Source: Desulfocapsa sulfexigens DSM 10523 (GTDB lineage Bacteria; Desulfobacterota; Desulfobulbia; Desulfobulbales; Desulfocapsaceae). Taken from it: a DNA stretch of 32,000 nt. The stretch covers positions 3,450,001-3,482,000 of the forward strand of contig NC_020304.1 in NCBI RefSeq assembly GCF_000341395.1, written 5' to 3'. This document shows positions 8,356 to 15,304 of the stretch, piece after piece. Position 1 is the first letter of the stretch. Each line of letters opens with the position of its first letter. A program made the position numbers and the translations under genes. Under the pieces are notes generated by a model that worked only from the letters and a program-made list of their open reading frames with translations, made no database searches and was not told where the DNA came from.

Positions 8356-9044
8356 TAAACCTGCCCCTTTTCTATTAAAAACTCAGCATACTGCCAGTCC
8401 TCTTGGTCATCGATATCAAGGTTAGCAACACCAGTCATGATAAAGGCGTATGCCTCTGGAATAGTATAACTTTTAACCCTTTTCAAGAGATCAATTTCTG
8501 CTAGATACAACGCACCATTGTGTTCATATGCCGCTGGCATATCCTGTCGTCTAAGCTGCTGTTGAGTATCCATTAAAGATTCTAGATACTGGCCATTCAA
8601 GCGATACATAAACATCGGATGTTTTTTTAATCTTGCAACAGAAATCATCATTCCACACTCTTCATCGAGACAAGTAGCGATGATGTTATCTATTTGCTGT
8701 GTGGTCCTGAAAGGAGAGGTTGGTTGAAGTAAGAGTAAATAGTCATATTCCTCTTCAATCTGCTCCAATGCATGCATAATGACGTCCATGCTTGATGTTT
8801 CATCTTCTGCAAGATATTTCGGCCGGGTAAACGGTACTTCACAATTTGCCATCTTGGCTATTTCAATAATTTCAAAGTCATCCGAACTGAGAATCAACCG
8901 ATCAATATATTGACTGTGTAATGCCGCCTCTATTGTCCAGCAAATCAGCGGTTTATCACCCAACAATTTGATATTTTTTTTGAGGATTCCTTTTGACCCT
9001 CCTCGAGCAGTAATTAAGGCAAGAATTTTCTTCTGTTTATACAT
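8355..9044 (-). CDS. neuA: Acylneuraminate (nonulosonate) cytidylyltransferase, CMP-sugar synthetase (NeuA/LegF-type, single-domain 229 aa)
   Basis: ILALITARGGSKGILKKNIKLLGDKPLICWTIEAA is the CMP-NeuAc synthetase N-terminal signature. There is no C-terminal esterase domain. Confidence 0.85.
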   Translation of the reverse strand: MYKQKKILALITARGGSKGILKKNIKLLGDKPLICWTIEAALHSQYIDRLILSSDDFEIIEIAKMANCEVPFTRPKYLAEDETSSMDVIMHALEQIEEEYDYLLLLQPTSPFRTTQQIDNIIATCLDEECGMMISVARLKKHPMFMYRLNGQYLESLMDTQQQLRRQDMPAAYEHNGALYLAEIDLLKRVKSYTIPEAYAFIMTGVANLDIDDQEDWQYAEFLIEKGQV

Positions 9045-9051
9045 GACGTTT

Positions 9052-10176
9052 TTACCCTACATCTCTGAAAAGTTTTTGGTTTGATACTTTCCAAACATCT
9101 TCCTTGAGGGCCTGCGTAAACTGTTTAGCGCTATCTCCCAGCCCATAGTAGTTGCATGCTGGATACGATTTTGAAATTTGTGACTGCTTAATCGCTGAGA
9201 GAATAGCTTCTCGATCAAAGGGAACATCAAAAATACTGGGATGTTTAAATCTGTTCTGTTGGCGAGTACCAATGTTTATTGTTGGAACACCATATATTGG
9301 GGCTTCGTGAATACCAGCACTGGAATTCCCGATTAAACAATCAGCATTTCTTAGAAATGTTAAATAATGCTCAAACCTCAAAGAAGGAAAGATTCTGATA
9401 TTGTTCTTTTTTTGTAAACGCTTATATGCAGCAAAGATATACTCCGATCCAGAATCATTATTAGGATAAATTACGATATAATTCCGCTTGCTTTCCAGTA
9501 GAGCATCCGCAAAAAGTGCAGCGTTATCGAACTGGATTTCCAATTCTGTCGTAACCGGGTGCAACATTGCAACCGAATATGAGTCAAAGGTCACTTCATA
9601 TCGCGCTTTGGCTTCTTCGAGGGAAGGCAGTTCATCGGATAGCATGACATCGACATCTGGTGATCCAATGCAATAAATGGCATCTGGATCTTCACCCAAT
9701 TGCTTCAAGCGTTGTTCTGCTTTGTCATTCGCGACAAAGTGAATGTGTGACAACTTCGAAATAGCATGCCTCATCAGCTCATCAACGGTTCCAGAAATTT
9801 CACCACCTTCAATATGTGCAACCAATATATTTCTCAATGCGCCTACCGTTGCACCCGCCAAAGCTTCAACCCTGTCCCCATGGACAACAATCAGGTCAAT
9901 TTTATTCTCAGCAAGATACCGACTTAATCCAATAATTGTATTTGCAAGGACAACTTCCATACTTTCCCCTTCAACCTGATTCATAAAGGTAAAAAGATTG
10001 TCAAATCCTGACCGGGGAATCTCTTTTATGGTACCACCGTATTTGGCAAGCATATGCATACCTGTACCAAATATCTGGTATTCAAACTCATTTGATTCCT
10101 TAACTGCACGAATAAGTGATTTCAATTTTCCAAAATCTGCACGAGTTGCTGTGATGAAAAGAATTCTTTTTTTCAT
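9052..10176 (-). CDS. neuC: UDP-N-acetylglucosamine 2-epimerase (hydrolysing), NeuC/LegG-type
   Basis: MKKRILFITATRADFGKLKSLIRAV...GTGMHMLAKYGGT...VHGDRVEALAGA...AHIEGGEISGTVDELMRHAISKLSHIHF matches the NeuC-type epimerase pattern. Its ATG directly follows the neuB TAA (10179-10174, TAAATG). Confidence 0.85.
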   Translation of the reverse strand: MKKRILFITATRADFGKLKSLIRAVKESNEFEYQIFGTGMHMLAKYGGTIKEIPRSGFDNLFTFMNQVEGESMEVVLANTIIGLSRYLAENKIDLIVVHGDRVEALAGATVGALRNILVAHIEGGEISGTVDELMRHAISKLSHIHFVANDKAEQRLKQLGEDPDAIYCIGSPDVDVMLSDELPSLEEAKARYEVTFDSYSVAMLHPVTTELEIQFDNAALFADALLESKRNYIVIYPNNDSGSEYIFAAYKRLQKKNNIRIFPSLRFEHYLTFLRNADCLIGNSSAGIHEAPIYGVPTINIGTRQQNRFKHPSIFDVPFDREAILSAIKQSQISKSYPACNYYGLGDSAKQFTQALKEDVWKVSNQKLFRDVG

Positions 10177-11223
10177 TTATTGAATATCGCTCCAGTCTAA
10201 GTGAACATTCATTGTAATATCCCTGGCTGCTCTTTTCCCTAGTACGTTATTGTATTCTTCAGCCGATATTTTTCCTGTACCTGGTCTTTTAACCCATATA
10301 TTTTCCTTTGAAAAAACCTCTCCCTCCTTTACAGGCAGAATAGTCACAACAGTGGCAAAGGCAAAATCCCTGGTTACCTGTTCCTCGTCTAAAAGACTTG
10401 TTTTGTCTCCCCCTCTTTCTAATTTTAAAATTTTACTTGAGGCGATGAGTTCATTCAACTCACTTGGAGTCATGGAGCAGACTATATCTGGTCCTTTCCG
10501 ATCCTTTGAGTCAGTAAAATGTCTTTCAAGAATTGACGCTCCAAGAGCAACCGCCCCTAGACAGGCCAAATTATTGGTGGTGTGATCAGAGAGTCCAATC
10601 ACGGCATCGGGAAAAGCTTCTTCCAGATCAAGCAACGCGCCTAAACGTACTAATTCTGGTGGGGTTGGATATAAATTAGTTGTATGTAACAGGGCAAAAG
10701 GGATCGTATGTTTCCGTAATATCTTAACTGCTTTTTTTACACCTACCAAATCATTCATTCCCGTACTGAGAATGATGGGCTTTCCAAATGAGCATATATA
10801 TTCCAATAGAGGATAATTGTTACATTCACCCGAGCCCATTTTAAATGCCGGAACATCAAATTTCACCAAACGGTCGACAGCTGCTCTTGAAAAAGGTGTA
10901 CTGATAAATATTGCTCCTCGAGACTCGGTATATCTTTTAAGTTCCCATTCTTCTTCTTCATTGAGAGAACATCTATCCATAATGTCATAAATAGAGTCAG
11001 GGGAATTACCAGGGATAGTTTTTTTGGCAGCATCGCTCATTTCATCTTCCACTACATGAGTCTGGTGCTTAATTATCTCTGCTCCCGCCGATAGAGCCGC
11101 ATCTACCATTTCAATGGCAGTCTGAAGTATGCCTTCATGGTTGATTCCTATCTCTGCAATAACAAGTGGATCGTGATGATAACCGATCCGTCTATTTGCT
11201 ATTTGAATTTCCGGTTTTTTCAT
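10177..11223 (-). CDS. neuB: N-acetylneuraminate (nonulosonate) synthase, NeuB/LegI-type, with C-terminal SAF domain
   Basis: PLVIAEIGINHEGILQTAIEMVDAALSAGAEIIKHQTH is the NeuB-family signature. The C-terminal VKRPGTGKISAEEYNNVLGKRAARDI segment is SAF-like. Confidence 0.9.
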   Translation of the reverse strand: MKKPEIQIANRRIGYHHDPLVIAEIGINHEGILQTAIEMVDAALSAGAEIIKHQTHVVEDEMSDAAKKTIPGNSPDSIYDIMDRCSLNEEEEWELKRYTESRGAIFISTPFSRAAVDRLVKFDVPAFKMGSGECNNYPLLEYICSFGKPIILSTGMNDLVGVKKAVKILRKHTIPFALLHTTNLYPTPPELVRLGALLDLEEAFPDAVIGLSDHTTNNLACLGAVALGASILERHFTDSKDRKGPDIVCSMTPSELNELIASSKILKLERGGDKTSLLDEEQVTRDFAFATVVTILPVKEGEVFSKENIWVKRPGTGKISAEEYNNVLGKRAARDITMNVHLDWSDIQ

Positions 11224-11262
11224 GTCACCTCGCTCAAAATAATTTTTGATTATTTATTAAAC

Positions 11263-11523
11263 TCAGCCACCTTGAGCTGGCTCTGCGGCAGGAATTGTTA
11301 TATTGGTATATATATCGACAAACGTCACATCTCCCAATAGTTGTCTAATAGTTTTATCATTGTTTGCTGACTCTTGAATACGATCATAATCATATTTAAA
11401 ATTTAAGTGCACGACACCGAAGACAACTATCTCCCATTTCTTCATATCAGTACGTACATTATTATGGTCAGCTCCCGGAGCGTGCACCTTTTCAAAGAAG
11501 AAAAACTCGGCTACGTGGGGCAA
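11263..11523 (-). pseudogene. Possible fragment of an IS5-like transposase N-terminal (DUF772-like) domain; otherwise an orphan 86-aa ORF
   Basis: APGADHNNVRTDMKKWEIVVFGVVHLNFKYDYDRIQESANNDKTIRQLLG loosely follows the G-x-P...R-x-M...LKH-x-YNLSD-E...N...F-x-G pattern of InsH-type N-terminal domains. TTG start with a stop immediately upstream. No DDE domain follows. The resemblance is weak. Confidence 0.25.
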
Positions 11524-11872
11524 GATTAGAACAGTCTATTGTTGCATTTCCAGAACTGCAAAGGCAGCATATCATACCAGTAGTAATGGAAATTTTAGTA
11601 TCAGCACGACAAGTAATTTACTTAAATTTAACTAGATCTTTTTTACTGGTGGCATATGACATCGTTGGCCGAAGATCTTCTGCTCAATGAAAAATCCTGT
11701 GAGATCAGAATACTAACCAAATATTATTAACATATATCATATTTTCGGCGTGGTATGCAAACAACAACAGGATGTTAATTTGTAAAAAAACAACAATTTA
11801 GAAAAATATTCGCTTCGTAACAAAAAAATACCAGATTACCACTATTCCTCAGCCTACCCGTCTGAGGAGGAA

Positions 11873-11971
11873 TTGTTTCGTGTTGATTATATGGGCATCT
11901 GCGGCCTGAACGGCCGCAGCAGAGCCCCCATTGATGGGTTTATGGAGTCCCATGTAATCGACACGGAACAA
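11873..11971. repeat. 99-bp imperfect palindrome: 23-bp outer arms enclosing a GC-rich 8-bp hairpin (candidate structured RNA, MITE-like or REP-like element)
   Basis: 11873-11895 pairs with 11971-11949 at 23/23 positions if the 3 T:G positions count as G-U (20 Watson-Crick + 3 G-U, all wobble only in plus-sense RNA). Inner hairpin ctgcggcc-tgaac-ggccgcag at 11899-11919. Verified base by base. Confidence 0.6.
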
Positions 11972-12393
11972 CTCAGGGTTGCAAAGCTGAGCTTCGATGG
12001 TAATCAGGAAAAAATATGTTACAGACATTTGGTAGTTATTATTATCTCGTTCAAGCCCTAATTAGCCATATCAGATTTGAGGGTTTTATAAGTTTGTTGG
12101 GATATACTTTCACCTTCCCTAGAGGTATAGAGACAATGATGGTACATCACAACTGGTTCAACAACTTGAAAAACCTCCCAGCCAGATTAACATCTTACAT
12201 TCACAGAAAGGCAAATTGAAGCCAGGAAATATTTTCTTTAAAGTGCGCATACCAAAGTATACTTTCTAATTCCCAAACAATGACAGGTGAAAATTGTTGA
12301 GTTTTGAACTGAATTAGATAATTTATTGATACAAAATTTGATAGATGATAAAGTGTGTGATTGTAAAAAAAAATCTCGTTATATCTTGTATTA

Positions 12394-12422
12394 TTAACTA
12401 AAATAATGGGAAACGATATAAT
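12394..12422 (+). promoter_or_regulatory. Sigma70-like promoter candidate upstream of the PilZ genes
   Basis: TTAACT (12394-12399) - 17 nt - TATAAT (12417-12422), about 90 nt upstream of the GTG start at 12510. AT-rich context, so the false-positive risk is high. Confidence 0.25.
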
Positions 12423-12509
12423 GTAGTGTTTTGGAAATCGTTATACTTTCTTCTGAAGATAATCAGGCTCAGAGTATTGACTCTCTATAAATTTGACTAA
12501 GGATATCAA

Positions 12510-13199
12510 GTGACAGAGCAGAATGAATTGTTATCGAAAACATACAGTGACAAACCTGTCAGGCTTTTTCTGCCGATGCTCAACAGTGACGACAGACTGT
12601 TGGTCCACTGCATCCTTCAAAAGGGAACCGGTAAGCACTTCAATTTGTTGTTTAAACAGGGGACACTTCCTGTAGACAATATAGACACAAACACCTCATG
12701 CCTCATCAGCCTGGATGATGCTGGCCAGAGTATCTCTCTGGAGAGTAACATCACCAAAATTATAAACGATCAGACCCTGGAGATGGTTCTGCAAAAAACC
12801 ATCAGCCATGAACAGATGCGCGAATACTTCAGGGTTGATTGTACAGTCCCAATTATCATAAAATCTGTTATCCCTCCTGGATTTGGAAACCCTGAGGAAC
12901 AATGGAAAATTTCCGGTACTACAGCTGATCTCAGTGGATCAGGACTTCGCGCCAGCTTTACCGAAGCACCTCCTGCCAACACTCAGGTTCGATTGGAACT
13001 GGCGTTGCCAACAACTGAACCGACCGTTATCAAAACCCTTGCCTCCCCCGTACGTATTTCCCAACTCACCGAAAAACTCTGGGATGCAGCCTATCGCTTT
13101 GATGAAATAGAAGATGAGGATCAGGATGCTATTATCGGATGTTGTCTTGTTGCCCAGAGGCGGCTGCTTCGACTGAAAGTTAAAGTAAAGGGAAATTGA
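12510..13199 (+). CDS. YcgR-like PilZ domain protein (c-di-GMP receptor / flagellar brake-type architecture), paralogue 1
   Basis: RxxxR motif in M-REYFR-VD (R104-R108) and D-L-S-G-S-G (D140-G145) form the PilZ c-di-GMP binding signature. An N-terminal domain of about 100 aa precedes it, as in YcgR. GTG start with AAGGA SD at 12499-12503. Confidence 0.8.
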   Translation: MTEQNELLSKTYSDKPVRLFLPMLNSDDRLLVHCILQKGTGKHFNLLFKQGTLPVDNIDTNTSCLISLDDAGQSISLESNITKIINDQTLEMVLQKTISHEQMREYFRVDCTVPIIIKSVIPPGFGNPEEQWKISGTTADLSGSGLRASFTEAPPANTQVRLELALPTTEPTVIKTLASPVRISQLTEKLWDAAYRFDEIEDEDQDAIIGCCLVAQRRLLRLKVKVKGN

Positions 13200-13211
13200 A
13201 AGGAATTCACG

Positions 13212-13889
13212 GTGACTGCTTCAATATCAGAGACGATCAAGAAAATAGCCGACAGCGAAACGGCTAAAATTGATATACCAACCAAAAATAATCAGACAAT
13301 CCGTCTCGATTGTATCTATAAGGAGTCCATTTCTCCGAATTTTTTCCTGGTCTTCCCTCCCAAAAAACTTCCCGAAGCTATTGACCTGGAAAAACATTGT
13401 CCCGTATCTATCAAACACGGTCAAACATCCTTGACGGTGACAGCTAAAATAACGGCGATAAACGGTGACAGAACCCTTGAGCTCACAGCCAAAAACAGTG
13501 TACGACCTGAAAGTTTGAGAGAATATTTCAGAGTTGGTGCCAATGTTTCCATAACTGCCCGGTACGATCCGGAATCGATGGAAAGTAAAATCCCATCATG
13601 GAACATGGATGGGCATACCCTTGATATGTCCGGCAGTGGTGTTCTGGCGATATTCCCTGAAGATCCCAAAAGCAGGCACAAGATATCACTGCAGATCCAC
13701 CTTGCAGGCAACCGGAATCCGGTACACTGCATTGGACATGTTGTCAGGAGCAGGAGACTTCGAAGGGACAGTTATCAGGTAGCATTCCATTTTGATTCCA
13801 TTAATGCCAAAGACAAAGACTCAATCATCTCCTACTGTCTTCGCGAACAACGTAACCAGTTGCGAAAAAAAGTCCAAACCGCCGGATAA
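13212..13889 (+). CDS. YcgR-like PilZ domain protein, paralogue 2
   Basis: L-REYFR-VG (R103-R107) and D-M-S-G-S-G (D138-G143). Same two-domain layout as paralogue 1. GTG start preceded by AAGGAA at 13200-13205. Confidence 0.8.
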   Translation: MTASISETIKKIADSETAKIDIPTKNNQTIRLDCIYKESISPNFFLVFPPKKLPEAIDLEKHCPVSIKHGQTSLTVTAKITAINGDRTLELTAKNSVRPESLREYFRVGANVSITARYDPESMESKIPSWNMDGHTLDMSGSGVLAIFPEDPKSRHKISLQIHLAGNRNPVHCIGHVVRSRRLRRDSYQVAFHFDSINAKDKDSIISYCLREQRNQLRKKVQTAG

Positions 13890-13959
13890 GTGCAATTGGT
13901 ACTTTGTGCCGCATTGCATTATCCATTAAGATAGTGTCTCCCTTTGCCGAAAGAGTACT

Positions 13960-15003
13960 ATGACTCCTATCAACGCACTTTCGCCTATTAAGGCTGTGGG
14001 AACGGCGACATCAGACGGCAGCGGCAGGCAGCAGTCCCAGCAGCAGGCAAGACCCGGCCAGACCCTTTCGGCCACTGTCCTTGAATCAGCAGGAAGCAAT
14101 CGCTTTTACCTCGATATTCTTGGTGATAAAATACTTGCTCAAAGCGATAAAGTCCGTTTAAGTCCCGGCACTAAACTCGATCTGGAAGTCCTGTCAACCA
14201 AACCCCTTCTCGAACTCAGAATTATCTCCAGGACACCTGAACTTTTTTTCGGCAAAACCTTGACCCTGCTAGGTAAAAACATTGATATCGGTGGATTATT
14301 CCAATCCTTAAACAAATCACCATCCCCCTTTTTAGACCAGCTCAGCCTGACATCCCAGCAGGGACTAAAAGAGTTTCACAGCCTTCAACAACAACCCATT
14401 GACAGCAAGGACGGAGGCACACTGTTACAGCAACTGCTCGGCCGACTTGGCCTGTCTCTTGAGGCCATCCTGGGCGGTGGCAACAAGACCCCGGCCGCAT
14501 TCACGCTGAAGGCTGCCCTGCTGGAAATTGCCTCTCTGATGAAAGGTGGAGAAGAGCTTGCCGATACGACAAACAGGCTTCTTGGTACTCTGGAACTCTA
14601 TCAACTGGCCCAGTTGCGTCTAGCTTCGGAAAATTTGCTGATTTTCCCGCTTCCTCTCCCTTTTCTCGATAACGGGTATCTTCTTGTCGAGAAGTACGAT
14701 CTCCAGAAAGATGAAGAAACAACCACTCAAACACTTCGTTTTTCCCTGCACCTCTCTTTGCAGCCTTTAGGAGATATAGAGGTTATGTTTCTTCAAATGA
14801 AAGAAGGTCTGTACATTCGTTTTGCCTGCGACTCGGAAGAGAAAAAGGATTTTGCCAATAGCCAGAGAGAGACCTTAATAGAGATGATCAGTTCGACGGA
14901 TCTTCTCGGGCTCAGCTTTACTGATGGGGCCGGTAATCCAGCTAATGAACTGATACAACAGCTGGCTCCAGCCGGTAAATCCATACTTGATACCAAGATA
15001 TAA
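13960..15003 (+). CDS. FliK-like protein (flagellar hook-length control C-terminal Flg_hook-type domain), short form, 347 aa
   Basis: The C-terminal region TLRFSLHLSLQPLGDIEVMFLQMKEGLYIRFACDSEEKKDFANSQRETLIEMISS follows the FliK C-terminal pattern (L.L.P..LG.v.v.......l.v.f.a......l......L...L). Gln/Ser-rich N-terminus. Confidence 0.6.
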   Translation: MTPINALSPIKAVGTATSDGSGRQQSQQQARPGQTLSATVLESAGSNRFYLDILGDKILAQSDKVRLSPGTKLDLEVLSTKPLLELRIISRTPELFFGKTLTLLGKNIDIGGLFQSLNKSPSPFLDQLSLTSQQGLKEFHSLQQQPIDSKDGGTLLQQLLGRLGLSLEAILGGGNKTPAAFTLKAALLEIASLMKGGEELADTTNRLLGTLELYQLAQLRLASENLLIFPLPLPFLDNGYLLVEKYDLQKDEETTTQTLRFSLHLSLQPLGDIEVMFLQMKEGLYIRFACDSEEKKDFANSQRETLIEMISSTDLLGLSFTDGAGNPANELIQQLAPAGKSILDTKI

Positions 15004-15011
15004 TAATAACC

Positions 15012-15296
15012 ATGAAAAAAAAAGAACTGGAAAAAGCCGTTGCTATCCTCTACGATGCCCAGACTTCAGCATCCCCTCGGGTTGTCGCCTCTGGACAGGG
15101 AGAAGTTGCCAGACGTATCATTGAAACTGCTCGGGAAGCTGGTGTTCATATTCAGGAGGACGCAAACCTGGTTGAACTACTCTCTAAAATTGATCTTGGT
15201 GCCGAAATTCCAACCGAACTGTATCAAACGGTTGCAGAAGTTCTGGCATTTGTCTACAAGGTAAATGAGAAATTTAAAAATAAAATTGTATCCTAG
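15012..15296 (+). CDS. Free-standing FlhB C-terminal (FlhB_CC / EscU-YscU-HrcU family) domain protein, 94 aa, without TM region or NPTH site
   Basis: KAVAILYDAQTSASPRVVASGQGEVARRIIETAREAGVHIQEDANLVELLSKIDLGAEIPTELYQTVAEVLAFVYKV aligns with the part of FlhB just after the NPTH autocleavage site (AVAL.Y....aPkvvAkG.g..A..I...A.e.gvp......L...L.....g.eIP.ElY.aVAevLa.vy). Confidence 0.8.
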   Translation: MKKKELEKAVAILYDAQTSASPRVVASGQGEVARRIIETAREAGVHIQEDANLVELLSKIDLGAEIPTELYQTVAEVLAFVYKVNEKFKNKIVS

Positions 15297-15304
15297 GAGC
15301 AGGA

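Noticed and set aside
11873-11971. The 99-bp palindrome considered as an integron attC site
   Set aside because: The ends do not match the RYYYAAC / GTTRRRY core sites, and no integrase or cassette array is present.
11972-11991. GCAAAGC-containing hairpin, considered as a c-di-GMP-I (GEMM) riboswitch fragment because PilZ genes lie downstream
   Set aside because: Only a short motif resemblance. It has no paired P1/P2 architecture or tetraloop-receptor, and it is more than 500 nt from the PilZ start.
13927-13953. TAAG-N15-GCCGAAAG sigma28-like motif just upstream of the FliK-like gene
   Set aside because: The spacing is right, but the -10 element ends 6 nt before the ATG (13960) and overlaps the weak SD. 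It would therefore produce an essentially leaderless mRNA. I cannot support it without TSS data, though it is worth checking by 5'-RACE.
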